Below, in pieces: positions 8,818 to 19,009 of a DNA stretch of 64,000 nt; position 1 is the first letter of the stretch; each line of letters begins with the position of its first letter. The notes under the pieces are model-generated. The model was not told the DNA's origin, ran no database searches, and saw nothing but the letters and a program-made list of their open reading frames with translations. This stretch comes from Bacteroidales bacterium (GTDB lineage: Bacteria; Bacteroidota; Bacteroidia; Bacteroidales; UBA3824). Both the position numbers and the translations under genes were made by a program. Location: NCBI GenBank assembly GCA_017417315.1, contig JAFPZK010000016.1, positions 31,494-95,493 on the forward strand, read 5' to 3'.

Positions 8818-10231
8818 ACCCCTTTCTCCATGCCTCTTTTTTCAAAATGCTGTCTAATTTATCAAACAGCGTTTTGCGCAAATTAATCGTTTCTTTGAGT
8901 CCCGTACCTCTGCGCTCGTGTTCCGAACGTTTTGAACGGACGTGAAACCGCCATTCACGTTTCAAACCGATGAAAAATTTTCTGTACGTCCACGCAAACA
9001 AGCCTAATGACGGCAGACAAACCAAGTGCAAAAGCGAACACCACCAGTTCCAAAAATACGATTCTATCGCAAAAAACAGCCCGTAAATCACCGGAAACGC
9101 CACCAACGAGCCGACCGCAAACCTTATTCCGCCTACAAACATCGTCATGTGAGCGTTGCCCGCTTTAAACTTTTTCGTCAACGGATACGGCGAAAGAAAT
9201 ATCAAAATGTTCGGAATCGAAGCCACTACAAACAGCGGAAACAATAAAATCAGACACAAAAACCTAATTAACAATGACCAAGGTTTCCACGGAATGTCAA
9301 AATTTTCGTCCGTAATCGTAAAACGTTTGCAGTTTTTTTTCAGCGTTAACGCATCAGAATAAAGTTGCGCAACTGTTTCGGGGTCGTCCTTTTTAACGTC
9401 TTCCAACTCTTTGAAAAGGGCTTTGTCGGAGGCTAATTTGTCCGGCAAATATTTTTTGTCGCCGCCGCAATCCGTACAATATTTAAAACCGTAAGTTTCT
9501 CTTATATAGTCGATTGCCTCGTAATTTTCAAGGTCGGTGATGTTCAGCATCATGTCCGAAATCCTTTGACGGACAAGCGCATTGACGTTTCGCTGCGCAG
9601 TGCGTGGTTTGGTTTGATAAAGTTCATAATAATCTTTGAGCGAAACTGGCTCGCCGCACTGAATTATCATATCTTCACGAAACTTGAAATAATTAGAATA
9701 GTGGTTAATCAGCGGTAAAATTTTTATATCTGCCTTAAAATCAGACTTTTTAGCTGCATCAAACGCCATTCTTAAATATCCTAACGAAAAGTCGCCGAGC
9801 CAACGTTTGTCTTGATTTAGGGCTTCGGGGAAAATCAAAACTGAACCGCCTTCCAAAATTCTTTCGCCCGCCTCGGCAAAAATATCGAAATTGTTTTTCA
9901 GAGCATCCACACCGTCAAAATCAATTCTGAAAGCCGGCAAAAGGTAAATGCTGCGTAAAAACTTTCCGATAAAAGGTCTGTTGAAAGCATCAGCCCGCGT
10001 AAAAATGCTGACAACACGATCCCTAAACGCAAACTCAACGCCGAGGGCGTCGTTAAGAGCGTTCTGATGGTTGGAAGCGATGATTAAAGGCGTGCCTTTT
10101 TCCGGAATGTTTTCTTTGCCCAAAACGTATATGTTCTTGTAATACATATTGTTATGACAAAGCCTGAGGTAATTTCTCAAAACCCTGAAAATAACTTCGC
10201 CGATTAAACTTCTCTTTTTCTTCTTCAACAT
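8816..10231 (-). CDS. Lysophospholipid/glycerol-3-phosphate acyltransferase (PlsC/LPLAT) family protein with a C-terminal membrane domain
   Basis: ASNHQNALNDA acyltransferase motif, FPE..N block, and hydrophobic helices at about residues 320-420. Confidence 0.6.
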   Translation of the reverse strand: MLKKKKRSLIGEVIFRVLRNYLRLCHNNMYYKNIYVLGKENIPEKGTPLIIASNHQNALNDALGVEFAFRDRVVSIFTRADAFNRPFIGKFLRSIYLLPAFRIDFDGVDALKNNFDIFAEAGERILEGGSVLIFPEALNQDKRWLGDFSLGYLRMAFDAAKKSDFKADIKILPLINHYSNYFKFREDMIIQCGEPVSLKDYYELYQTKPRTAQRNVNALVRQRISDMMLNITDLENYEAIDYIRETYGFKYCTDCGGDKKYLPDKLASDKALFKELEDVKKDDPETVAQLYSDALTLKKNCKRFTITDENFDIPWKPWSLLIRFLCLILLFPLFVVASIPNILIFLSPYPLTKKFKAGNAHMTMFVGGIRFAVGSLVAFPVIYGLFFAIESYFWNWWCSLLHLVCLPSLGLFAWTYRKFFIGLKREWRFHVRSKRSEHERRGTGLKETINLRKTLFDKLDSILKKEAWRKG

Positions 10232-10240
10232 TTTTTTACC

Positions 10241-11743
10241 TTATTTCTTACAACAAAATTGTTTCAATTTTCCTTCTCTTTTTAAAAGTCTTTGAACTGC
10301 AAAACGTCCCGTAACCAATGCGTTAGGCAGTCCGCCCGGAGTTTGCAGCCATTGTCCTGCCAAATAAAAATTGTCCAAACCCGGCAAAACTCCGCTGTGA
10401 ACCTCTTTCTTAACATGTGGCGTTTGAATAAACCCCATATACGAACCTTTGTAAGAGCCGAGATAACGGTTAAAACTTTTCGGAGTAACCGTTTCCAAAA
10501 CGCCGAGTTTGCCTTTTAACTTCGGATAATGTTTTTCGAGTCTTTCGAGTAAAGCGTTGGCTATCTGCATTTTAACGGCTTTGTATTCGTCTCTGTTTTC
10601 GTTATAAAGTTTTTCCCAATATTCGTATTCGTAATCGTATTGAACTATTAACACTTCAATAATGCCTTTGCCTTCGGGCGCAAAATTCGGCTGGTCGGCA
10701 AAATTATTCATTATTATAAAGTGATGTTTTCTGCCTGCGATTTCAAATGCTTCCGCGTTAAAAATCTCCATAACCGGCATATCTTCCGTTGTGTAATCAA
10801 CTGAAAAATAAACGTTTACATCGCTGAAAACAGGAAATTTATCAGGATTGTCATAACAAAACTTAAAATGCTTGTCCATATATTTTTCGCCGATTAATTT
10901 GAAAATCACCGAAGCGTCTGTGGCGCAAATAATGTTTTGCGGTTCAACGGACGTGCCGTCTTCAAAATTAATCCGTTTGCATTTTGTGCCTTCGATGTCA
11001 ATGTTAACAGCCTTTTTCTTAGTTGAAATTTTGCCGCCGAGTTGAAGATATTTGTCGCGCATTTTTAAAGCGATTGCGTCAGAGGCTCCGTAAGGCAAGT
11101 CAGCGTTGCCCGCCGAAAACATTGCGTACATATAAAACATCGAAATCGCAAAATATGCATCAGGAACATAATTATTGATTATTCTCTTAATAATCGGACT
11201 TTTAAAGCGTTCCGCATAATCATTTAAAGTGAGTTTTTGATATTTTGCGGCAACGGGAATTACTTTCCGCATTTTCCAAAGCAGTTTCATATTGTCCCAA
11301 AACGTCATTTGCTCTTTCGGTTTTAAGGCAGGAAGTTCTATGCCTTGAAAATTTTTTATTGCTTTGATGAGGCGTTTGATTTCCGTTTCGTCTTCGGGCG
11401 CAATGGATAGAAGTTCGGCTTGCATTTTGTTTAAATCGCGCCAAACATGCCCCTTAACTCCGTCAATATCAACCTGTAAGAAATAATCGTGGCTGACGAT
11501 TTTTTGTCCTTCGCCCAAGACGCCGACATCTTTCCAAACCTGATAAATTTCTTTTTCGGGAGAGGTTCCCGTCATCCAGTGAACGCAGTTGTCTATGTGA
11601 AAACCTTTTCTTGTCCAAGAGGTGCATTGACCGCCTACGACGGAGTGCCCTTCAAAGATTTTGCTTTGAAGTCCGCTTAACTGAGCGTAAATACCTGCGC
11701 AAAGTCCTGATATTCCGCCGCCTATAATTGCTAATTCCGACAT
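10241..11743 (-). CDS. FAD/NAD(P)-dependent oxidoreductase, phytoene-desaturase (CrtI)-like
   Basis: N-terminal dinucleotide fold IIGGGISGLCAG and a roughly 500-aa amine-oxidase/CrtI layout. Confidence 0.7.
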   Translation of the reverse strand: MSELAIIGGGISGLCAGIYAQLSGLQSKIFEGHSVVGGQCTSWTRKGFHIDNCVHWMTGTSPEKEIYQVWKDVGVLGEGQKIVSHDYFLQVDIDGVKGHVWRDLNKMQAELLSIAPEDETEIKRLIKAIKNFQGIELPALKPKEQMTFWDNMKLLWKMRKVIPVAAKYQKLTLNDYAERFKSPIIKRIINNYVPDAYFAISMFYMYAMFSAGNADLPYGASDAIALKMRDKYLQLGGKISTKKKAVNIDIEGTKCKRINFEDGTSVEPQNIICATDASVIFKLIGEKYMDKHFKFCYDNPDKFPVFSDVNVYFSVDYTTEDMPVMEIFNAEAFEIAGRKHHFIIMNNFADQPNFAPEGKGIIEVLIVQYDYEYEYWEKLYNENRDEYKAVKMQIANALLERLEKHYPKLKGKLGVLETVTPKSFNRYLGSYKGSYMGFIQTPHVKKEVHSGVLPGLDNFYLAGQWLQTPGGLPNALVTGRFAVQRLLKREGKLKQFCCKK

Positions 11744-11822
11744 TGTGTTTATATTATTGTATCATGTCCGCAAAAGGTTAAGATTTGAGTTTACAAAAGT
11801 AAGGATTTTTTTTGAAAATGAC

Positions 11823-11873
11823 AAAAAATAAAAATGTGCCGAACTCACAAAAAAATTGCGTTTCCGGCACATT
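11823..11873 (-). terminator. Possible terminator downstream of the TrpB-like gene
   Basis: 9-bp inverted repeat AATGTGCCG/CGGCACATT with a large (23-nt) loop, followed on the minus strand by a U-rich run. Confidence 0.4.
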
Positions 11874-11889
11874 GAGATATTGTTAAACA

Positions 11890-13254
11890 TTAAATTACTT
11901 TTTCCAACTGCGCTACATTCTTTTTGATTTCTTCGTCTGAAACTTCAAAGTTTTGAAGCGAGCCGCTTAGGTATTGGTCGTATGCCGTCATGTCAATCAG
12001 ACCGTGTCCTGAAAGATTGAAAAGTATGACTTTTTCTTCGCCCGTCTCTTTACATTTTAACGCTTCGTTAACCGTTGCGGCTATTGCGTGGCAACTTTCT
12101 GGCGCGGGAATTATACCTTCTGCCTGAGAAAACAAAAGTCCTGCTTTGAAACTTTCAAGTTGCTGAACGTCAACGGCTTCCATTAACTTATCTTTCATCA
12201 ACTGACTTACGATAACGCCTGCGCCGTGATACCGTAAACCGCCTGCGTGAATGTTTGCCGGCATAAAGTTGTGTCCTAACGTGAACATCGGCAAAAGCGG
12301 CGTATAACCGGCTTCATCACCGAAATCATACTGAAAAACACCTTTTGTAAGTTTCGGACAACTTGCGGGTTCGGCTGCGATAAAGCGCGTTTTTTTGCCG
12401 TCCAAAATATTATGACGCATAAACGGAAACGCTATTCCGCCGAAATTGCTTCCGCCGCCGAAACAAGCAATCACCATGTCGGGATATTCGCCTGCCATTT
12501 CCATCTGTTTTTCGGCTTCAAGACCGATAACAGTCTGATGCAGAGTTACATGACTAAGAACCGAACCTAACGTGTATTTACAATTAGGAGTGTTCATCGC
12601 AAGTTCTATCGCCTCCGAAATCGCCGTTCCGAGCGAACCCTGACAATTAGGATTAACAGTCAAAATATCTTTTCCGGCTCTTGTTGACATTGACGGTGAG
12701 GGCGTAACCTGCGCACCGTAAGTCTGCATAATAGAGCGGCGGTAAGGTTTCTGATTGTAAGAGATTTTTACCTGATAAACGGCTGCTTCAAGTCCGAAAA
12801 CTTTTGCTGCGTAACTAAGTGCCGCACCCCATTGACCTGCGCCGGTTTCTGTTGTGATGTTAGTAACGCCTTCTTTTTTGCAATAATACGCCTGAGCCAA
12901 AGCAGAGTTCAACTTGTGGCTGCCCACCGGCGAAACACTTTCGTTCTTAAAATAAATGTGTGCAGGGGTACCCAATGCTTTTTCCAAGCCGTAAGCCCTT
13001 ACCAAAGGCGTTGAACGGTAATATTTGTACATTTCACGCACTTCTTCGGGAATTTCAATCCACTGATTTGTCTGGTCAAGTTCCTGTCTTGAAAGTTCCT
13101 GCGCAAAAATCGGAAACAAATCTTCCGGTTTTAACGGTTGTTTGGTTTTCGGGTGAATCGGCGGCATGGGTTTGTTAATCATATCCGCCTGAATGTTATA
13201 CCATTTCGTGGGAATTTCTTCCTCGCTCAAAAAAAATCTTTTTTGTTTAGACAT
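11890..13254 (-). CDS. TrpB2-type tryptophan synthase beta-like PLP enzyme (stand-alone)
   Basis: 454 aa. N-terminus ...IPTKWYNIQADM..., PLP-lysine context GSHKLN, and GGGSN loop. No trpA is adjacent. Confidence 0.85.
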   Translation of the reverse strand: MSKQKRFFLSEEEIPTKWYNIQADMINKPMPPIHPKTKQPLKPEDLFPIFAQELSRQELDQTNQWIEIPEEVREMYKYYRSTPLVRAYGLEKALGTPAHIYFKNESVSPVGSHKLNSALAQAYYCKKEGVTNITTETGAGQWGAALSYAAKVFGLEAAVYQVKISYNQKPYRRSIMQTYGAQVTPSPSMSTRAGKDILTVNPNCQGSLGTAISEAIELAMNTPNCKYTLGSVLSHVTLHQTVIGLEAEKQMEMAGEYPDMVIACFGGGSNFGGIAFPFMRHNILDGKKTRFIAAEPASCPKLTKGVFQYDFGDEAGYTPLLPMFTLGHNFMPANIHAGGLRYHGAGVIVSQLMKDKLMEAVDVQQLESFKAGLLFSQAEGIIPAPESCHAIAATVNEALKCKETGEEKVILFNLSGHGLIDMTAYDQYLSGSLQNFEVSDEEIKKNVAQLEKVI

Positions 13255-13268
13255 TGTAGGTATTATAA

Positions 13269-14111
13269 TTATAGTGATTTAATTGCTTTTAACACGTTGC
13301 CGGCAAGTGAGGTTGCGCCTATTCTGAAAGAATACTTGTCAATTCTTTCGCCGCCGGTTATGTCTTTTAAAATTTGATAATAAGTTAACGCTTCTTCAAC
13401 GCTGCGTATTCCGCCTGCGACTTTCAGACCTGCGTCTTTGCCGGTTTTGTTTTTGAAGTCCATCAACGCCAAAGCCATAATGACAGCGGCTCTCGGAGTT
13501 GCGGCGGGAGACATTTTGCCGGTTGAGGTTTTGATAAAGTTTGCGCCTGCTTGTAATGCAACGATTGAAGCGTCGTAAATGTCGGAGTCATACTGATAAA
13601 TTCCCGTTTCGAGAATAACTTTCAGTTTTGCTGCTCCGGCTGCCTCTTTCATGGCTTGAAGTTCGTACAAGGCTTTGTCCTTGTTTCCGGCGATGATGTC
13701 GCCTGCGTTGATTACAACGTCAATTTCGTCTGCTCCGGCGTTGTAAGCGAGTTTTACCTCTTCCGTTTTTATCGTTAAAAAGGTCTGCGCGTGAGGAAAT
13801 CCTCCTGCAACTGACACGATGTCAACCTCCGGCACGGTGCAGAGTTTTTTTACCAACTGTACAAACGACGGATAAACACAAATGCCCGCAACATTCGGAA
13901 CGTCAGGGTTTTCCTTCTTATGGTTGTTGACTTGTTCTACGAGTTTTGTAATGCTTGCCTCATTGTCGGCATTGCTCAAACTCGTTAAATCTATGCACGA
14001 ATAAATCGTTTTAAGTATTTCGGAGGTCGGTGTTAAAGGATTTTGACTATAAAAAGCAAGTTTGCTGTCTACGAGTTCCGACCCGTATCTTTGAAAACTG
14101 AAATCTCCCAT
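13269..14111 (-). CDS. deoC: Deoxyribose-phosphate aldolase
   Basis: Schiff-base lysine context GANFIKTSTGK, with VKVILETG and AGGIR motifs. Confidence 0.85.
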   Translation of the reverse strand: MGDFSFQRYGSELVDSKLAFYSQNPLTPTSEILKTIYSCIDLTSLSNADNEASITKLVEQVNNHKKENPDVPNVAGICVYPSFVQLVKKLCTVPEVDIVSVAGGFPHAQTFLTIKTEEVKLAYNAGADEIDVVINAGDIIAGNKDKALYELQAMKEAAGAAKLKVILETGIYQYDSDIYDASIVALQAGANFIKTSTGKMSPAATPRAAVIMALALMDFKNKTGKDAGLKVAGGIRSVEEALTYYQILKDITGGERIDKYSFRIGATSLAGNVLKAIKSL

Positions 14112-14132
14112 ATCGAAATTTTTTTTTATTGT

Positions 14133-14585
14133 TTATAATCGGTTTTTGCTGTCAATGATTATTGTAACGGGTCCGTCGTTAATAAGGCTTACTTTCATGT
14201 CTGCGCCGAAAATTCCCGTTTGAATTTTTTTGCCGACGGTTTCTTCCAAGATCTTTATAAAATTTTCGTAAAGAGGTTCGGCAATTTCGGGTTTTGCAGC
14301 CATAACGTATGACGGACGGTTGCCCTTTTTTGTCAGCGCATGAAGCGTAAACTGACTGATTAACAGAATGTCGCCGTCAACATCTTTTAACGACAAGTTC
14401 ATAACTCCGTCTTGGTCGTCAAAAATCCTCAGCCCTGAAATTTTTCCTGCCGTCCAAGTTAAATCTTCTTTTGTATCTTCGGCAACAAAGCCGGCGAGTA
14501 TCATAAAACCTTTTTTGATTTCGCCGTTTATTTTGCCGTCAATTTTAACGGAAGCCTCTGAAACCCTTTGAATTACAACTTTCAT
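14133..14585 (-). CDS. dtd: D-aminoacyl-tRNA deacylase
   Basis: MKVVIQRV... start, SQFTL motif, 150 aa. Confidence 0.9.
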   Translation of the reverse strand: MKVVIQRVSEASVKIDGKINGEIKKGFMILAGFVAEDTKEDLTWTAGKISGLRIFDDQDGVMNLSLKDVDGDILLISQFTLHALTKKGNRPSYVMAAKPEIAEPLYENFIKILEETVGKKIQTGIFGADMKVSLINDGPVTIIIDSKNRL

Positions 14586-14610
14586 TTAAAGCGTTTATTA
14601 AATTCTTTTT

Positions 14611-15684
14611 TTAACAGATTTTTTTGTCTGCCTCTAATTCAGCCTGACGTTTTAGCGGAACGATTCCGTCAAGAATTTTTCTGGCGTTGAAGATGTCGAT
14701 TGCCGTGTACAATGCGTTTTTGAACGAGGTTTCGTCAGCCAAATCTTTTCCTGCGATGTCGTAAGCCGGACCGTGAACCGTTGAAGTGCAGACAACCGGC
14801 AAACCGGCGGTGTAGAAAATACCTTTGTTGCCTTCTATCAATCTGAAACTCAGCATTGCCTGGTCGTAATACATTGCTAAAACCGCGTCAAATTTGGAGT
14901 ATGCGCCTGAGGCAAAAAATCCTTCCGGACTATACGGACCAAAACACGTAATGCCTTCTTCGTTAGCGCGTTCTATTGCCGGCAATATTCTTTCGCCTTC
15001 TTCTATGCCGAAAACGTTGTAGTCTGAGGCAAAGGGATTTAAGCCTAAAACTGCAATTTTGGGTTTGCGTACCGTGAAATCGTCTTTTAATGCTTTGTCG
15101 AGTGTGCGGATTTTCCAAAGAATTTTTTCCGAGGTGAGGTTTTCGGATATTTTTGCAACGGGCATTGCGCTTGTAACGGTTGCTACTTTGAGTTTTTCGC
15201 CCACAAAAGTGATGATGAAATTTTTGCAGTTGAACTCTTGTGCGAGCGATTCCGAAATGCCTGCAAATCTGAATCCTGCGTCAAAAACGTTGAAACCGTT
15301 TACCGGCAGCGTAACGAGCATATCTATCAGTCCGTTTTTCAAATCAGCCTGTGCTCTGTTGATTGCCGCAACGCTACATTCGCCCGCTTGAATGGAACTG
15401 CTGCCGATTTCAACGCGGGTATTTTCGTCGCAAACGTTAATAATGTTGATACTGCAAGGTACGAGTTCTGTCGCACTATTAGCGTTGTTGACGGTTATAT
15501 TATTGATATTTAGTAATTTACGGTGATAAGCTGCAATTTTGGGCGAACCGTATATTACGATTGTGAAATTTTCGTAAACCTCGGCATCGGCGAGGGCTTT
15601 GAAAACTATTTCATAACCTATTCCGTTGATGTCGCCTTGTGTAATGCCGATTACGTATTTGTTTTGACTATTCTTTTCCATCAA
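14611..15684 (-). CDS. pdxA: 4-hydroxythreonine-4-phosphate dehydrogenase
   Basis: GDINGIGYEI N-terminal motif, TSTVHGPAYDIAGK near the C-terminus, about 350 aa. Confidence 0.85.
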   Translation of the reverse strand: MMEKNSQNKYVIGITQGDINGIGYEIVFKALADAEVYENFTIVIYGSPKIAAYHRKLLNINNITVNNANSATELVPCSINIINVCDENTRVEIGSSSIQAGECSVAAINRAQADLKNGLIDMLVTLPVNGFNVFDAGFRFAGISESLAQEFNCKNFIITFVGEKLKVATVTSAMPVAKISENLTSEKILWKIRTLDKALKDDFTVRKPKIAVLGLNPFASDYNVFGIEEGERILPAIERANEEGITCFGPYSPEGFFASGAYSKFDAVLAMYYDQAMLSFRLIEGNKGIFYTAGLPVVCTSTVHGPAYDIAGKDLADETSFKNALYTAIDIFNARKILDGIVPLKRQAELEADKKIC

Positions 15685-15755
15685 AAAATCTTATTTGTTT
15701 TGAAGTTACAAAAATAAAAAATTTTTTTCTGAAAAAAAATGTTTTGCCGCAAATT

Positions 15756-16577
15756 TTATTCCATCGGATTGACACACATTACGGGAATTTTGGCTTCGTT
15801 AGCGATAATTTGCTGTTCCGTTGCCCCGAAAACGTAATCCTGAAATCTTATGTTTTTGGTTGTCATAATTATAATAAGTCCGCTGCCGATGCTTTCGGCA
15901 AATTTTACCGTTTCCGTGGCAAACGCTGTCTTGCCGTCAAAGCGTTGAAGTTCATAGTTAATGGAGCGGCTTTCAAGGTATTTTACTGCGGTATTCAAGT
16001 TTGCGTGAGTGCGCTTAAATATCAGACTATCATTACTTTCTGTATAGCAGAGATAAAATTTGCATTTGAAAATTTTGTTTATGAAGTCAGCCCAAACGAG
16101 TTTTTCCCTTTCCTCGGCTTTGAAGTCAAGAGGTAATACTATTTTATGAATGTCAGCCTCGGTAGGTTTGTCCTGAACGACCACAAAAGGTGCTTTGCTG
16201 CCTGCAATTACTTTCAATGCCCAACTGCCGGTAAATTTTTGAAGACCTTTTATTCCGTGAGTTCCCATGACGGCGATTTCGGCATCACATTCTTGAATTA
16301 TTGATTTTATTTCTTCGAAAATATTTCCAGTTTTAACGATTACCGAAGGGCGTATACCGTATTGATTCATAATGTCTTCGGCTTTGAGGTTGAGGCGTTC
16401 TACATTAAGGGCGACGTCGTTTTCCCATTTCGTGATATGCGCCAAAATGATTTCGCGATTTAGTGCTTTTGCGAAATCAATGGCATGGAGAAGTGCAAAT
16501 TCCGACTTTTCGGAATAGTCCCATGTTACTAATACGGGTTTATTTATGTTTGGATTTTCTGACATAATTGTACTCAT
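15756..16577 (-). CDS. Tandem universal stress protein (UspA-family) protein
   Basis: Two Usp-like halves, with MGTHG motif and C-terminal PVMCV. Confidence 0.7.
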   Translation of the reverse strand: MSTIMSENPNINKPVLVTWDYSEKSEFALLHAIDFAKALNREIILAHITKWENDVALNVERLNLKAEDIMNQYGIRPSVIVKTGNIFEEIKSIIQECDAEIAVMGTHGIKGLQKFTGSWALKVIAGSKAPFVVVQDKPTEADIHKIVLPLDFKAEEREKLVWADFINKIFKCKFYLCYTESNDSLIFKRTHANLNTAVKYLESRSINYELQRFDGKTAFATETVKFAESIGSGLIIIMTTKNIRFQDYVFGATEQQIIANEAKIPVMCVNPME

Positions 16578-16641
16578 AAAAAAATATAGAGACGTAGCCT
16601 CGCTACGTCTCTACGTTAAAAACAAAAACTATACCGTTGTA

Positions 16642-17337
16642 TTAGTTCTTCAAAGCAAATTTGATTGGCACCGAGTGCGAAACCTTAACGGCTTTACCTC
16701 TTTGTTTGCCCGGTTTCCAGTTCGGAAGGCTGTTAACCACTCTCAGAGCCTCTTTGTCGAGCAACGGGTCAACGCCTCTTAACAATTCTACGTTAGTAAC
16801 TTTGCCTTTTTCGTCAACGACAAAACGTACATAAACCGTACCTTGAATATCGTTTTCTTTTGCCATTTCAGGATAGCGGACGTTTTCAGCGATGTATTTT
16901 CTAAGAGCCGTTTCGCCGCCGGGGAACTGAGGCATTTCTTCTACGATGAAGAAGATTTCGGGTTCTTCGGGTTTTTCTTCTTCCTGAACGATTTCTTCAA
17001 CGGGAGCCGAAAAATCTACTTTGTCTTCGTCATCAAGTTCCTCTATCGGAGCGATGTCTTCTACTTCAACTTTATCGTCGAGAATTTCAAGAATTTCAGC
17101 AACCTGCTGCTTTGGAGGCGGGGGAGGAGGCAATTGTATGTCTTCTTGACGGGTAATCATGATTTCTTCCACCTCTTCTACTGCCGTCTGATTGCCGACT
17201 AATTCTTCTGCTTTTTCTACTTTTGTAGACCATTCGAAAATGCCCCAAAATGCCAAAAGCGTTACTGCAAGACCAATCTCTAAGAAAACGCCTTTTTTGT
17301 TTTCAAGATTGGCGGCCTCTGTCTTTCTTTGTTCCAT
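16642..17337 (-). CDS. TonB-family energy transducer
   Basis: N-terminal TM helix, Pro/Glu-rich spacer (PPPPPPKQQ), and C-terminal TonB domain PQFPGGETAL..YP..A....QGTVYVRFVVDEKG. Confidence 0.8.
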   Translation of the reverse strand: MEQRKTEAANLENKKGVFLEIGLAVTLLAFWGIFEWSTKVEKAEELVGNQTAVEEVEEIMITRQEDIQLPPPPPPKQQVAEILEILDDKVEVEDIAPIEELDDEDKVDFSAPVEEIVQEEEKPEEPEIFFIVEEMPQFPGGETALRKYIAENVRYPEMAKENDIQGTVYVRFVVDEKGKVTNVELLRGVDPLLDKEALRVVNSLPNWKPGKQRGKAVKVSHSVPIKFALKN

Positions 17338-17462
17338 TTTTTTTAATGTTATGACTGTTAAATACTTATGTTTCTCAAATTAAAGTTTTAATTTAAGTTT
17401 TGGCGTTTTTATGATTCCGCCGCGCTAAATTAATACTTTTTCTTTACAAAATGAAATTTTTG

Positions 17463-17690
17463 TTAATTTATTTTTTCATTTTTTTTCCTTTCGGGCGGTT
17501 TTACGTTTTTTACCGTTTTGTCAGATTTGTCAATAATACGGATTTGTAACCCCGAAATCAGAGTTTGTTTGTTTTCGTATTTTGGTTTCGGTTTTTCGTA
17601 GTTGAAAACGAGCAACGCTAATGCCAAAACGATTGAAAGAGCGATTTGAAAATACAATAACCGGTCTGTATTTTTTTTGTCATGCTTCAT
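17463..17690 (-). CDS. Small single-pass membrane protein (TonB N-terminus-like)
   Basis: One TM helix followed by a Lys/Pro-rich tail. 4-nt overlap with the upstream BlaR1-like gene. Confidence 0.35.
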   Translation of the reverse strand: MKHDKKNTDRLLYFQIALSIVLALALLVFNYEKPKPKYENKQTLISGLQIRIIDKSDKTVKNVKPPERKKNEKIN

Positions 17691-19009
17691 AATTTTAACG
17701 TTTTTGCCGGGTTTATAATTTTTCCGTTGACGGCTACTTTTATGTAAACAAGCGAATTATCTTTTGTTATTTTACATAAAACTTCACCTTCTTTTACGAA
17801 ATCCCCCGCATTAAAACCGAGAAGAGAAACGTTTTCTCCGCCGATTGTAATTTCAAGGTTTTCTGCTTGCAAAATGATTTCTTTGTCGATAGTTTTAGCG
17901 ACGGCGTCTGTGTTTGCAATTATTTCGGTGCCTTCGCTGACAAAAAAATCAATTTGCGGGTGCGAGACTTCAAAGACATTGCCTAAGGAGTCTGCATAGA
18001 GTTTGTTTTCAAAATAGCCGGTTGAAATTCTGAATTTTCCTTTGAAAGGAATTTCTAAACCGTAGTTTTCAGGACAGAAAAGTCCTATACATACTATATA
18101 TGCTGACACTAATGTCAGTAAAATTGTCAGCGTAGATAAAAACCTGATTTTCCGGATTTTATCCGTATCCTTATTGAACAAAAGAATTAACCTCTGTGTT
18201 ATGCTTCCCCGTTTTTTCTCTTGCGGAGAAGTTTCTTCTGGTTTGCTGACATTTTTTTCGCCTAACCTTAACAATAGTTTTGAATATTCCGTCAAACCGC
18301 TTTCTGACGAAACGCTACTGTCGGCAATATTTTCTGCAATTAACCTCGAATTTACGACCGCTTTTTTCAGACACGGGTTAAACCATTGTAAGGCTGAAAA
18401 CAGTCCGAAAAATATCGAGTCTAATGAATCACGATTTTTTATGTGCTGTTTTTCGTGAGAAAACACCGTCTGTAAATCTTCCTTAGAAAGAGTTTTCGCT
18501 TTTTTGCCCAAGAATATGTTTTTGAAAAAAGAAAACGCTACGACATTAAGTTGAGTTTCAAATACTTTGATATTGTTATCCAAAGTATAGATTAATGGAT
18601 TGCGTTTTAGTTTCAAAGTTTTGTTTAGTCCCCGACAAAAGGTGAAAAGTTTCACTGCAAAGCCCGCGAGGTAAACTGCGAAAAGAATTTCAACCGAAAT
18701 TTCAAAGAACGCCGAGTCAAAAAAATTCTCGATTATAGTTTTAAACGTTTTTTCTTCACTGACGGTCATCATGTTTAGATTGTCAGTCAAGGGTTTTATT
18801 TCGAGAATTTTGAAGTTCGGATTATCTATCCTTTTTTCAAAGTATTTGACTTTCATTAAAGGAAGAAGATAACTCAAAAAAGTGCCGGAAGTCAAATATA
18901 CTCTGTTCCATTTGTTGTAGCACAAGTTGCAATATACCTGGTTGAAGAAAAACTGGAAAACACAAAATATTATGCCGGCTTCAAGAGTGTATTTCAGTAC
19001 TTCAACCAT
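17687..19009 (-). CDS. BlaR1/M56-family membrane metalloprotease-sensor with a C-terminal degenerate M23-like domain
   Basis: HEKQH (HExxH) after TM helices. The C-terminal roughly 130 aa carry SHPQID (HxxxD) but lack the second His motif. Confidence 0.7.
   Translation of the reverse strand: MVEVLKYTLEAGIIFCVFQFFFNQVYCNLCYNKWNRVYLTSGTFLSYLLPLMKVKYFEKRIDNPNFKILEIKPLTDNLNMMTVSEEKTFKTIIENFFDSAFFEISVEILFAVYLAGFAVKLFTFCRGLNKTLKLKRNPLIYTLDNNIKVFETQLNVVAFSFFKNIFLGKKAKTLSKEDLQTVFSHEKQHIKNRDSLDSIFFGLFSALQWFNPCLKKAVVNSRLIAENIADSSVSSESGLTEYSKLLLRLGEKNVSKPEETSPQEKKRGSITQRLILLFNKDTDKIRKIRFLSTLTILLTLVSAYIVCIGLFCPENYGLEIPFKGKFRISTGYFENKLYADSLGNVFEVSHPQIDFFVSEGTEIIANTDAVAKTIDKEIILQAENLEITIGGENVSLLGFNAGDFVKEGEVLCKITKDNSLVYIKVAVNGKIINPAKTLKL

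Noticed and set aside
15744-16136. 130-aa plus-strand ORF
   Set aside because: It is antisense to the tandem-Usp gene and has no motif support.
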